From an uncultured Gemmatimonadaceae bacterium (GTDB lineage: Bacteria > Gemmatimonadota > Gemmatimonadetes > Gemmatimonadales > Gemmatimonadaceae), in contig CAWGJO010000021.1 of the NCBI GenBank assembly GCA_963822945.1, positions 1 to 64,000 of the forward strand: 64,000 bases of DNA. Direction: 5' to 3'. This document shows, piece after piece, positions 18,902 to 28,379 of the stretch. Position 1 is the first letter of the stretch; every line of letters starts with the position of its first letter. Below the pieces are notes generated by a model. That model saw only the letters and a list, made by a program, of their open reading frames with translations. It had not been told where the DNA came from and made no database searches. Both the position numbers and the translations under genes were made by a program.

Positions 18902-19936
18902 GTGAAACTTGGCTGGCGCGGCGCGCTCGGCATCGTGCTGAGCGCGGCCGGACTCTGGTGGGCGTTGCACGGCGTGCCCTGGCACGCCGTGGCCGATCGG
19001 CTGCGCGAGGCCGACATCACGCTCCTCGTCCTGTGTTCGGTGGCCGCCACGTCGATCTTTCCGGTGCGGGCTATCCGGTGGCGCGTGATCCTCGACCCCG
19101 TTGCCCCGAAGCTCCCCTTCGGCCCGCTCTGGCGGTCGGTCGCCATCGGGATGATGGTGAACAACGTGCTGCCCGCGCGGGCCGGGGAACTGGCCCGGGC
19201 GTACGCCCTCACGCGCGAACGCCCCGAAGTGAGTTTCTCCGCTTCGCTCGCCTCCCTGGTGGTGGACCGCCTGTTCGACGGCGCATCGGTGCTGCTGCTG
19301 ATGGCGTTGGCCATGCTCGACCCGCGGTTCCTGGGGGTGAGCAACATTCACGGCTGGTCCCTTCGCGACGCCGCCCTGCTCGGCATCGGCGCGATCGTGG
19401 TGGGATTCGCCGCGCTGTTTCTGTTCGCGAGCTACCCGAAGCAGGCCATCGCCGTGTACGAGCGGTTCGCGCGCCGCGTGGCGCCGGCCATCGAGGCGCG
19501 CGGAAGCGCCGTGCTCCACTCGTTCGCCGGCGGCCTGAGCGTGCTGCGCAGCCCCCGGCGCTTCGTGGCCGTGCTGTTCTGGGCGGTCGTGATGTGGCTG
19601 CTCAACGCCTTCGCCTTCTGGCTGGCCTTCCGGGCCCTGCACATCAACGCCACCTTCTCGGCGGCGCTGTTCGCGCAGGGCGTGATCGTGGCCTTCGTCT
19701 CCGTGCCCTCCACCCCGGGGTTCGCCGGCGTGTTCGAACTCGGCGGGCGCATCGGTCTCGCCGCGTACGGCATCGCGGCCAGCGCCGCGGCGGCCTGGAG
19801 TCTCACCTTCCATATCGTGTCGTACATTCCGATCACGCTGTTCGGCCTCTGGTACCTCAGCCGCGCGGGCATCACCTACGGTGAGATCCGGGCGGCGAGC
19901 GAGCAGGGCAGCGGACCCGCTGCAGGAACCACATGA
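18902..19936 (+). CDS. Lysylphosphatidylglycerol synthase TM / flippase-like membrane protein (UPF0104)
   Basis: RAIRWR, NNVLPARAGELAR, VDRLFD, PSTPGFAGVFE. Confidence 0.88.
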   Translation: MKLGWRGALGIVLSAAGLWWALHGVPWHAVADRLREADITLLVLCSVAATSIFPVRAIRWRVILDPVAPKLPFGPLWRSVAIGMMVNNVLPARAGELARAYALTRERPEVSFSASLASLVVDRLFDGASVLLLMALAMLDPRFLGVSNIHGWSLRDAALLGIGAIVVGFAALFLFASYPKQAIAVYERFARRVAPAIEARGSAVLHSFAGGLSVLRSPRRFVAVLFWAVVMWLLNAFAFWLAFRALHINATFSAALFAQGVIVAFVSVPSTPGFAGVFELGGRIGLAAYGIAASAAAAWSLTFHIVSYIPITLFGLWYLSRAGITYGEIRAASEQGSGPAAGTT

Positions 19937-20862
19937 CGCCCCCGTCCTACCCGACGCCCACCATTCCGCTCGCCTCGGCTCGCGCCGCCCGCGCCTCCGC
20001 GCAGGCCAAAATCAACCTCCGCCTGCGCGTGCTGACCCGCGAATCGACGGGCTACCATCAGATCGAGACCGTCTTCCAGCGCATCGACCTCGCCGACGAG
20101 GTGACGCTGCGCCTCGACCGGCCCGGACGGAGCATCGACTGCACCGGGGATACGCTCCCCGACGGGGGACTCGGCCCCGCGGAACAGAACCTGGCCTACC
20201 GGGCGGCAGTGGCCTACCAGGAAGCCGCGGGGTGGCCCAACGGGTTCGCCATCGAGATCGTCAAGCGGATTCCGGTGGGGGGCGGACTGGGCGGCGGGAG
20301 CGCCGACGCCGGCGCGGTGCTGCGCATGCTCGAAGCGCTGGCGCCCCGCCCCATGGGCGTGCGCATGCTGGAGCTCGCCGCGCGCCTCGGCGCCGACGTG
20401 CCGTTCATGTCCACCGAGACGCCGGTGGCCTTCGCCTGGGGACGCGGGGAACGGATGCTTGGCCTCACGCCGCTGCCGCGGCGCCGGGTGCAGGTGGTGG
20501 TGCCGCCGTTCGGCATCTCGACCGCCGACGCCTACCGGTGGCTGGACGAGGGGCGCCCGGAGTACGAACTGTCGGGGGCGCTGCTGCCGGCCGCCGCGCT
20601 GCTGTCGTGGGCCGAGGTGGAGGAAGTGGCCGAGAACGACTTCGAGGATGCGGTGGAAGCTCGGCTGCCCGCCATCGCCGGCTACCGGAAGGCGCTGGAG
20701 CGGGCGCAGGCCCGGATCGCGATGCTGGCGGGGTCGGGCTCGACCGTTTTCGGGGTGTTCGCCGACGGGGCGCGGGGGCTGCTGGCCGGGGATGTGGAAG
20801 ACGCCCGGCTGATCGACACGCGGACGTCGGTTCACGTTGTTCCGGTTCGGCCGATCGAGTAG
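19933..20862 (+). CDS. ispE: 4-diphosphocytidyl-2C-methyl-D-erythritol kinase
   Basis: AKINLRL, GYHQIET, KRIPVGGGLGGGSADA, LGADVPF, GSGSTVF. Confidence 0.95.
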   Translation: MTPPSYPTPTIPLASARAARASAQAKINLRLRVLTRESTGYHQIETVFQRIDLADEVTLRLDRPGRSIDCTGDTLPDGGLGPAEQNLAYRAAVAYQEAAGWPNGFAIEIVKRIPVGGGLGGGSADAGAVLRMLEALAPRPMGVRMLELAARLGADVPFMSTETPVAFAWGRGERMLGLTPLPRRRVQVVVPPFGISTADAYRWLDEGRPEYELSGALLPAAALLSWAEVEEVAENDFEDAVEARLPAIAGYRKALERAQARIAMLAGSGSTVFGVFADGARGLLAGDVEDARLIDTRTSVHVVPVRPIE

Positions 20863-20879
20863 GTTTTGAGGGCCGCCGC

Positions 20880-20950
20880 TGCCCCCTCGTCCAATGGCAG
20901 GACATCGGACTTTGGATCCGAGAATGGTGGTTCGAATCCACCGGGGGCAA
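20880..20950 (+). tRNA. tRNA-Gln (anticodon TTG); CCA not encoded
   Basis: Acceptor stem TGCCCCC/GGGGGCA, anticodon arm TCGGA-CTTTGGA-TCCGA, T-loop GGTTCGAATCC; usual ispE-tRNA-Gln-prs position. Confidence 0.95.
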
Positions 20951-20975
20951 TCCCCATCGACGCGACGCACGAACG

Positions 20976-21004
20976 TTGAATAACCCACGGTCCCCCGGTA
21001 ACTT
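20976..21004 (+). promoter_or_regulatory. Sigma-70 promoter for prs
   Basis: TTGAAT-17 nt-TAACTT. Confidence 0.55.
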
Positions 21005-21017
21005 ATCAGGCTTGATC

Positions 21018-21971
21018 ATGGACGGACTTTCCGTACCGAGCCACGGATTCAAGCTGCTCTCCGGAACAGCGAACCGGGCGCTCGCCGAGGAGATCGCGCG
21101 GCACATCGGCGTCGATCTGTGCAAGGTCACGCTGTCGCGGTTCGCCGACGGCGAGATCTTCGTGCGGATCGACGAGAACATTCGCGGCGACGACGTATTC
21201 ATCGTCCAGCCGACGAATCCGCCGGCCGAGAACATCCTCGAGCTGCTGTTGCTCATCGACGCGGCCAAGCGGGCGTCGGCGGCCCGGGTCACCGTGGTCA
21301 TGCCGTACTACGGCTATTCGCGGCAGGACCGCAAGGACCAGCCGCGCGTGGCCATCGGGGCCAAGCTGCTGGCCAACATGATCATGGCGGCGGGGGCGCA
21401 CCGGGTGCTGGGCATCGATTTTCACCAGCATCAGTTGCAGGGATTCTTCGACATTCCGGTGGACCATCTGTACGCGATGCCGGTGTTCACGGCGCATTAT
21501 CGCCGCAAGCAGCTCCGGGACATCGTGATCGTGGCGCCCGATGTCGGGTCGGCCAAGATGGCGCGGGGATTCGCCAAGCGGCTCAACGCGTCGCTGGCAA
21601 TCATCGACAAGCGCCGGCCGGCCGCGAACGTGGCCGAAGTGGTGAACGTGGTGGGTGAGGTCGACGGCAAGGATTGCATCCTGGCCGACGACATGATCGA
21701 TACGGCAGGCACGGTGTCGGAGGCGGCACGGGCGCTCAAGGAGCTCGGCGCGCATTCGGTGTACGTGTGCGCCACGCACGCGCTGCTCTCGGGCCCGGCC
21801 TGCGAGCGGCTGACGAAGGCGCCGATCGAGGAGGTCGCGGTGACCGACACGATCGCGCTGCCGCCGGAGCGGCGGTTCGACAAGCTGGCCATCCTCTCGG
21901 TTGGCGAGCTGCTGTCGAAGGCCATCCGGTTCACGCACGCGGAACAGAGCGTGAGTTCGCTGTTTGATTGA
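21018..21971 (+). CDS. prs: Ribose-phosphate pyrophosphokinase
   Basis: FADGEIFV, PYYGYSRQDRK, VAPDVGS, ADDMIDTAGT. Confidence 0.97.
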   Translation: MDGLSVPSHGFKLLSGTANRALAEEIARHIGVDLCKVTLSRFADGEIFVRIDENIRGDDVFIVQPTNPPAENILELLLLIDAAKRASAARVTVVMPYYGYSRQDRKDQPRVAIGAKLLANMIMAAGAHRVLGIDFHQHQLQGFFDIPVDHLYAMPVFTAHYRRKQLRDIVIVAPDVGSAKMARGFAKRLNASLAIIDKRRPAANVAEVVNVVGEVDGKDCILADDMIDTAGTVSEAARALKELGAHSVYVCATHALLSGPACERLTKAPIEEVAVTDTIALPPERRFDKLAILSVGELLSKAIRFTHAEQSVSSLFD

Positions 21972-22003
21972 TGGGTAGGGCCCCGGGATCGGGGGTTGGG
22001 TGA

Positions 22004-22050
22004 GACTGTCCGACTGTCCGACTGTCGGACGGTCAGACAGTCGGACAGTC
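22004..22050. repeat. Palindrome of (GACTGTCC)x3 followed by (GGACAGTC-like)x3
   Basis: Read directly; same octamer as the arrays at 61409 and 62503. Confidence 0.9.
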
Positions 22051-22153
22051 ATCCAATCCGCGGTATGGTAGGGAGGACGCAGCCTCCTGAGAGTTGCGCC
22101 GAGTGTTCCGGGTTCGCTGCATGGATTGACCGCTTTTCTGGAAGAACTGACTC

Positions 22154-22819
22154 ATGGCAACCGCACAATTCACGGCCACCACCCGGTCCGACAGCGGCAC
22201 CGGCAACGCCCGCAAGCTCCGCCGTTCCGGCCAGGTGCCGGCGGTTATCTACGGCCACGGCCGCGAAGCGCAGTCGCTGTCGCTCGACGCCCGCGAATTC
22301 GGCAAGCTCCTGGACCGGATCGCCTACGCCAACACCGTCATCGAACTGATGATCGACGGCAAGCCGGCGATGACCCTCATTCGCGACCTGCAGCGCCACC
22401 CGTTCAAGCCCGAGATCCTGCACGTGGACTTCCAGGAACTCGTGGCCGGCGAGAAGGTGACGGTGAACGTGCCGCTCGTGTTCGTCGGCGTCCCCGACGG
22501 AGTACGCAACGGCGGCGGCATTCTGGACCAGGTCATGCACGAGGTCTCGATTCACGTCGACCCGTCGATGATTCCCAACCACATCGACGTCGAGGTCACC
22601 GAGCTGACCATCGGGCACAGCTTTCACGTGGGGGACCTCAAGCTTCCCGACGGCGTGGAAGTGCTGGATGAGGCCGAGGCCACGATCTGCGTGGTCACCG
22701 CACCCAAGACGGTGGTCGAGGAAGTCCCGGCCGAGGCCGTGGCAGAGGCGGGCGAGACCCCGACCGAACCCGAGCTCATCCGCAAGGCCAAGCCTGAAGA
22801 AGAGGAGGCGGAGAAGTAA
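22154..22819 (+). CDS. rplY: 50S ribosomal protein L25/CTC
   Basis: ARKLRRSGQVPAVIYG, HPFKPEILHVDF, GVRNGG, IPNHIDV. Confidence 0.96.
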   Translation: MATAQFTATTRSDSGTGNARKLRRSGQVPAVIYGHGREAQSLSLDAREFGKLLDRIAYANTVIELMIDGKPAMTLIRDLQRHPFKPEILHVDFQELVAGEKVTVNVPLVFVGVPDGVRNGGGILDQVMHEVSIHVDPSMIPNHIDVEVTELTIGHSFHVGDLKLPDGVEVLDEAEATICVVTAPKTVVEEVPAEAVAEAGETPTEPELIRKAKPEEEEAEK

Positions 22820-22878
22820 TTCTCGCCTCTCTGTTCCGCTCGCTGTTCGGATCCCGCGCTCCGGCGGACGACGACCCG

Positions 22879-23472
22879 ATGAAAGTGATCGTCGGTCTCG
22901 GCAATCCCGGTGCCGAGTACGAACGCACGCGCCACAACGTCGGCTGGTGGGCACTCGACCACCTGGCCGGCGTTTGGCGTCTGGACGGGTGGAAGAAGGA
23001 CGGGCAGGCGCTCGTGGCGTCGGGCACGGCGCGCGGCGCGCGCGTGCGGCTGGTGAAGCCGCTGACCTACATGAATCTGAGCGGCGCGGTGCTCAAGCCC
23101 TATCTCCGGCGGGCGGCCTGGAGCGCGGCCACCGATCTCTTCGTGCTCACGGACGACATCGCGCTGCCGGTGGGTACGTTCCGAATCCGCGCCAGGGGAT
23201 CGGCGGGCGGGCACAACGGACTCAAGAGCATCCAGGCCGCGTTGAATTCGCAGGACTACGCGCGGCTGCGCATCGGCATCCGGCCGGAAGACGAGCGCCG
23301 GATGCGGGGCGATCTGGCGGACTTCGTGCTCGATCAGTTCGGGAAGCGGGATGCGGTGCTGGTGGAGGATCTGCTGCCGAAGATCGGGGAGGCGGTGGAG
23401 TGCTGGGTGAAGGAGGGGGTGGAGACGGCGATGAACCGATTCAACGGCGGGAAACAGCGAGACGACGACTGA
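22879..23472 (+). CDS. pth: Peptidyl-tRNA hydrolase
   Basis: IVGLGNPG, TRHNVG, KPLTYMNLSG, GSAGGHNGLKS, RLRIGI. Confidence 0.97.
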   Translation: MKVIVGLGNPGAEYERTRHNVGWWALDHLAGVWRLDGWKKDGQALVASGTARGARVRLVKPLTYMNLSGAVLKPYLRRAAWSAATDLFVLTDDIALPVGTFRIRARGSAGGHNGLKSIQAALNSQDYARLRIGIRPEDERRMRGDLADFVLDQFGKRDAVLVEDLLPKIGEAVECWVKEGVETAMNRFNGGKQRDDD

Positions 23473-23514
23473 AGGCTTTGAGCTGTCGGCTTGCAGCGGT
23501 CAGCGAACGGCAAC
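23471..23514. repeat. Left arm of a 44-bp imperfect inverted repeat with 7-nt periodicity
   Basis: 33/44 identical to the reverse complement of 24082-24125; GC recurs every 7 nt. Confidence 0.8.
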
Positions 23515-23540
23515 GGCGCCGGGACAGATCGGACCGCGAG

Positions 23541-23954
23541 TCACGAGGGACGCTCGCAATGGCGTGAACCGCGGGCTGAGGCGGAGGGCGCGGACTGGGC
23601 CGCACGCACGCGGTGAATGAGCCCCGTCAGCATGCGACGAACTTCCTCGATTTGCCCGGCCAACGCGCGGAACTCCGCCCGGCCGATCAGTCCAAGGTCC
23701 CGAGCGAGGATCATGTGGTACTCGAGTTCCGTTGCCGAGCCGAAGGCGATATTGAGGAATTTTGCGAAATCGCGCTGCGTGTCGCGCCCGCACCCTTCCG
23801 CGATGTTGGCGGCAATGGAGATTGCGGCGCGACGCGACTGGCCCACGAGCCCTGAGTTGGCCCGACCCGGCTCGGAACTCGTGACTCTGTAGACGTTCAG
23901 GGCCAGCGCGTGCGCCTTCTTCCAAACCAGCAGTCCCTTGAAGTCCCGCAGCAT
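23541..23954 (-). CDS. Four-helix-bundle protein (TIGR02436 / 23S_rRNA_IVP family)
   Basis: RDFKGLLVWKKA, QSRRAAISIAANIAEGCGR, FLNIAFGSATELEYH, RMLTGLI. Confidence 0.92.
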   Translation of the reverse strand: MLRDFKGLLVWKKAHALALNVYRVTSSEPGRANSGLVGQSRRAAISIAANIAEGCGRDTQRDFAKFLNIAFGSATELEYHMILARDLGLIGRAEFRALAGQIEEVRRMLTGLIHRVRAAQSAPSASARGSRHCERPS

Positions 23955-24081
23955 CTCCTCCGCTTCGCTCGCACGTACGATGTCAGGCTGCTGGGGACAC
24001 CGCACAACCATTCGGTTGCCCTGGTTACCTTTCCACCGCACCGCGCCACCGGCGGCCTCCGCCGAAATCCGTAGGACCGTT

Positions 24082-24125
24082 GGTGCGGTTGGCTCACGGC
24101 TGTCAGCAGAGCGCTCACAGCCTTC
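24082..24125. repeat. Right arm of the 44-bp imperfect inverted repeat
   Basis: Pairs with 23471-23514. Confidence 0.8.
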
Positions 24126-24177
24126 GGTTGCAGTCTCACGCTGTACGGCAGTTCCGCCTCTTCCCTCGCCCTGTCCA

Positions 24178-25278
24178 ATGCTCAGCCTCGGTATCGTCGG
24201 CCTCCCCAACGTCGGAAAATCCACCCTCTTCAACGCCCTCACGGCCGCGAAGGCCGACGCCGCCAACTATCCGTTCTGCACCGTCGATCCGAACGTCGGC
24301 ATGGTCGAGGTCCCCGATCCGCGACTCGACGTCCTCACCCGCATCGTCCAGCCCAAGAAGACGGTGCCAGCCGTGGTGCAGTTCGTGGACATCGCGGGCC
24401 TGGTGAAGGGCGCCGCCGAGGGCGAGGGGCTGGGCAACAAATTCCTCTCCAACATCCGTGAGACCGATGCCATCGTGCACGTCGTGCGCTGCTTCGACGA
24501 CCCCGACGTGACCCACGTGATGGGCGGCGTCGATCCGGCGCGCGATCGCGAGGTCATCGAATTCGAACTCGCGCTGTCGGACCTGGGGGCGGTGGAGAAG
24601 CGGCTCGACAAGACCCAGCGCGCCGCCCGCACGGGCGACAAGGACGCCAAGGCCGAACTCCCGGCGCTCGAACTCGCGCACGCCTCGCTCAAGGAAGGCC
24701 GGGCGCTCTGGCACGCCGGGCTCGATGCCGAGCAGCTCGCCGTGCTCCAGCCGCTCAACCTGCTCACGGTCAAGCCGGTGCTCTACGCCGCCAACGTCAC
24801 CGACGCCGAGCTCTCGGGCGACGAAGGCCCCCACCTGCGCGCACTGCGCGCCGCGGTGGCGGCCGGCGGGGAGCAGGCCGAGATCGTTCCCTTCTCCGCC
24901 AAGATCGAAGCCGAGCTCGCCGAGCTGCCCATCGACGAGCGCGCGGAATTCCTCTCGTCACTCGGCATCGAGTCGGCCGGACTCGACCGGCTGATCCGCG
25001 CCGGCTACCACCTGCTCGGCCTGCAGACCTACTTCACCGCGGGGGAGCAGGAGGTCCGCGCCTGGACGATCCACCGCGGCGACACGGCGCCGGTGGCCGC
25101 CGGCGTGATCCACACCGACTTCGAGCGCGGCTTCATCCGCGCCGAGACGGTGAGCTACGACGACTTCGTGGCGGCCGACGGCTGGAAGGGCGCCCGCGAG
25201 AAGGGCGTCGTGCGCTCGGAAGGCAAGGAGTACGTCGTCCAGGACGGCGACGTGATGCTGTTCCGGTTCAACGTCTGA
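24178..25278 (+). CDS. ychF: Redox-regulated ATPase YchF
   Basis: [46 protein letters not shown]. Confidence 0.98.
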   Translation: MLSLGIVGLPNVGKSTLFNALTAAKADAANYPFCTVDPNVGMVEVPDPRLDVLTRIVQPKKTVPAVVQFVDIAGLVKGAAEGEGLGNKFLSNIRETDAIVHVVRCFDDPDVTHVMGGVDPARDREVIEFELALSDLGAVEKRLDKTQRAARTGDKDAKAELPALELAHASLKEGRALWHAGLDAEQLAVLQPLNLLTVKPVLYAANVTDAELSGDEGPHLRALRAAVAAGGEQAEIVPFSAKIEAELAELPIDERAEFLSSLGIESAGLDRLIRAGYHLLGLQTYFTAGEQEVRAWTIHRGDTAPVAAGVIHTDFERGFIRAETVSYDDFVAADGWKGAREKGVVRSEGKEYVVQDGDVMLFRFNV

Positions 25279-26494
25279 GCGCCGGCATCGCCACGGGCTC
25301 CGCCGGTGTGACGTCCGGTTCCGCAAAGCCCAGCACTTCCCGATAGCTGCGGTCCAGGCGGTCCAACTCGGCCTCCCACGTGAGCGCTCCGGCCGTCGTT
25401 ACCGCCCCATGGGCCAAACGCCGGCGCAGTGCCGCGTCGGTGGCCAAGCGCACCATGGCCGACGCCATGGCGGCGTCGTCACCGGCGGGAACAGCGATGC
25501 CGTTCTCTCCGTCGCGCAGGTGCTCGGCCACGCCGCCGGCCGGCACCGCGACCACGGGTAGCCCGCTGGCCATCGCCTCCAGGACTACCAGCCCCAGCGT
25601 CTCGGTCGTGGACGCGAAGACGAAGGCGTCGGCGCTGGCGTAGAGTTCCGGCAGCGACCTCTCGCGATCCAGATAGCCCACGAAGACCACCGAGGCGGGC
25701 GCCGCCTCGCGCAACGCCGCTTCGCGGGGACCGGCGCCGGCGATCACCAGCCGTACGGCGCCTGCCGGCAGACGCGCTGCGGCGTCGCAGTAGGCCGCGA
25801 GCACCCGGTCCACGCTCTTCTCGGCGGCCAGCCGCCCGACGTAGAGGAAGGTGAACGCATCCCGCCCCGCGGCGATGGAATCCCGAAGGGGCAGTGACCG
25901 GTGCCGCGGCGAGAAGGCGGCGGTGTCCACGCCACGCCCCCAGACCTCGGCATGCGTGATGCCAAGGCGGCGCAGCTCCCCCGCCGCCACCTCCGACGGC
26001 GTGTAGGTACGGAGTGCGCGCCGGTGGAACCGGGCCACGTACGACGTCACCGCGCCGCGGAGCCAGGGCGCGCCGTACGACGCCACATACTTTCCGAAAT
26101 CCGTATGGTACGACGTGACCACGGGAATCCCGAGGCGGCGAGCCGCCACCTGGCCCACGCGCCCGAGCACGAACTCCGTCTCACAGTGCACCAGGTCGGG
26201 CGCGAATGCGCGCATCGCGCGCGTCACGCGGCGCAGCGCCGGCGCCGACAGCCGGAGATCGGGGTACACGGGCAGGGCCGCGCTCGCCACGTCGGTGATC
26301 GTTTCTCCCTGCCGTGCTGCCCCACCCATCGGCGTCCCGCGCACGTCGGCCGGGTAGCGAGGGGCCACCACGTGGCACTGCCAACCGCGCGCCAGGAGTC
26401 CACGCACCGAGAGCGCGGTCACCACCGACACCCCGTTCACCTGGGGTGGATAGGTATCCGTGCAGTACAACACGCGCGGTGACGAACTGGACAT
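25268..26494 (-). CDS. Glycosyltransferase family 4 (GT-B)
   Basis: TDTYPPQVNGVS, SYHT, YVGRLAAEK, ETLGLVVLEAMASGLPVV. Confidence 0.92.
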   Translation of the reverse strand: MSSSSPRVLYCTDTYPPQVNGVSVVTALSVRGLLARGWQCHVVAPRYPADVRGTPMGGAARQGETITDVASAALPVYPDLRLSAPALRRVTRAMRAFAPDLVHCETEFVLGRVGQVAARRLGIPVVTSYHTDFGKYVASYGAPWLRGAVTSYVARFHRRALRTYTPSEVAAGELRRLGITHAEVWGRGVDTAAFSPRHRSLPLRDSIAAGRDAFTFLYVGRLAAEKSVDRVLAAYCDAAARLPAGAVRLVIAGAGPREAALREAAPASVVFVGYLDRERSLPELYASADAFVFASTTETLGLVVLEAMASGLPVVAVPAGGVAEHLRDGENGIAVPAGDDAAMASAMVRLATDAALRRRLAHGAVTTAGALTWEAELDRLDRSYREVLGFAEPDVTPAEPVAMPALRR

Positions 26495-26746
26495 GGGAGA
26501 GCCCGGTGATGCCGCGGCCGGCGAGGGATGTCCGGACGCGGTGGTGACGGTTCGACGGCGGAAGCTCGCCGTGCCGCGTCGCGCTTCCGCGACCACCCCG
26601 TCACGGATCGGTGACGGTCCTCCGGAGGGGGCGAATGCCTCACATCCGTGACGCGTTGGCGACCAATCGTTCGGCCCGCCGTCGCCTGCCCCCTCCATTC
26701 TCCATCGCGGACACGGCACCCCAACTGCCGCCTGACCGGAGACTGC

Positions 26747-27605
26747 ATGACACGCACCCGACTGATCCGACGCGTCATCGTGGTGGTCCTCGACGGGCTC
26801 CGCCGCGACGCGATCGACGCCTTCGACCTCGCCACCCTGCGCCGGCTGGCCGCGCGCCACGCATCCACACGCGTCGGCCACCACGGTGGCGCCGAGCGTG
26901 ACCGCCGCTGCCATGGGTTCGCTGCTCACCGGCGTGAGTCGCCGGAACGCCACGGGCTCACCAGCGACCGGTTCCACATTCCGCGGTCGCGGGGGCCCGT
27001 CTCGCCGCTGCCCGCGGCTGCTCGAGGAGGCGGGGTACCTGACGCACGGCGTGCATGGCCGAGGTGCCCCTGCTCTACCGGCGCATGGCGCGAGCGCTGG
27101 CCGGCGCCTCGGGCGTGCGCGGCCGTCGTTCGATGGCGACGGGGCCGACGAGATTCTGCAGGCGGCCCTGCCCGCGCTGCGGTCGCAGCGGTCGGGCCTC
27201 CTGCTCCTGCACTGGCCCGACGGCGATCGCGCGGGACACGCCGCCGGGTGGATGTCGCCGGCGTACGGCGACGCGGCGCGCCGCATGGACGCCGCCCTCG
27301 GCCGCCTGATCGACCTCACCGGACTGGAGCATGACCCGACCACGGTGCTCATCGCGCTGGCCGACCACGGCGGGGGCGGCGTGGCCCCCCGCAATCACGC
27401 CAGCGCGCACCCATTCGACCGGACGATCCCGATCGTGGTGGCGGGGGGTGCCGTGGTGCCCGGCCCCCTGCGCGCCGGCACCTCCATCCTCGACGTCCCG
27501 GCCACCGTACTGTGGGCGCTGGGCATCGCGCCGCCGCCCATCTATGAGGGCCGCCCGATGGTGGAGGCGTTCGGCCACACGGCCGCCGACGACGCGGCGG
27601 CGTAG
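26747..27605 (+). CDS. Alkaline phosphatase superfamily protein (frameshifted)
   Basis: VVVLDGLRRD, PSVT, DRAGHAAGW, ADHGG, SILDVPATV; spread over several frames. Confidence 0.8.
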
Positions 27606-27721
27606 GCGCCGGCCGGTGCAGGCGGCGGGACGGACACGGACCCCGATCGAGCCCCTTACTCCGCGCCCCACAATCGCTTAGGTTTCGGGCTCGCCCGGCC
27701 GCTTCGCGCGGCCGGTACAAC

Positions 27722-27781
27722 TTGACCCTCCTCCTGCTCAGGCAACCAGCGGGGGGCGGATTCGACGACCAAAGGGAGGAT
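27722..27781 (+). promoter_or_regulatory. Probable S6:S18 autoregulatory leader RNA
   Basis: ACCCTCC..., inner stem CTCCTGCT/AGCGGGGG, AAAGGGAGG RBS immediately upstream of rpsF. Confidence 0.5.
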
Positions 27782-27790
27782 TGCCGCGAC

Positions 27791-28153
27791 ATGACTCGCC
27801 CCTACGAGGCGGTCTACGTCTTCGACTCGACGCTCGAAGACGCCGCCATCACCGAAAAACTGACGCGCTTCCAGGAACTCCTGGGCAACCCCGCCGACCT
27901 CACGGTGGATCTCTGGGGTCGCCGTCAGCTCGCCTACCACATCGGCCGCAAGGACACGGGCTACTACGTCCTCTCGCGCTTCAGCGCCGAGCCCGGCGTG
28001 CTGCCGGAGTTCGAGCGCGCGCTCAAGCTCGACGACGGCGTGCTGCGCTACCTGATCTCGCTGCACGAGCACGAGACGGGCGCGCCGCCGATGGACGAGG
28101 AAGAACTGGCGGCCGCTGCGCGCCGTCAGGACGACGACGACGACGAGGATTGA
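27791..28153 (+). CDS. rpsF: 30S ribosomal protein S6
   Basis: RPYEAVYVF, WGRRQLAYHI, VLRYL. Confidence 0.96.
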   Translation: MTRPYEAVYVFDSTLEDAAITEKLTRFQELLGNPADLTVDLWGRRQLAYHIGRKDTGYYVLSRFSAEPGVLPEFERALKLDDGVLRYLISLHEHETGAPPMDEEELAAAARRQDDDDDED

Positions 28154-28156
28154 CCC

Positions 28157-28378
28157 ATGCGCCGCCAACACAAGACCTGTCCCTTCTGCGAGACCCGCGT
28201 GCGGTTCGTCGACTACAAGGACGACCGGACGCTCGGGCGCTTCATCACCGACCACGGCAAGATCCTGCCCAGCCGGTTGAGCGGCACCTGTGCGCGCCAT
28301 CAGCGCCAACTGGCCACCGCCGTGAAGCGGGCCCGCTTCCTGGCGCTGATTCCGTACACACGGGGCACGCAGAACTAG
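28157..28378 (+). CDS. rpsR: 30S ribosomal protein S18 (Zn-ribbon form)
   Basis: [26 protein letters not shown]. Confidence 0.97.
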   Translation: MRRQHKTCPFCETRVRFVDYKDDRTLGRFITDHGKILPSRLSGTCARHQRQLATAVKRARFLALIPYTRGTQN

Positions 28379-28379
28379 C

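Noticed and set aside
20880..20950. tRNA as a prophage or island integration site
   Set aside because: No integrase and no duplicated tRNA 3' end seen; normal ispE-tRNA-prs order.
22820..22860. Short CTCnCTGTTC duplication between rplY and pth
   Set aside because: Only two imperfect copies and no partner arm.
27791..28378. ssb missing between rpsF and rpsR
   Set aside because: A common arrangement in many phyla.
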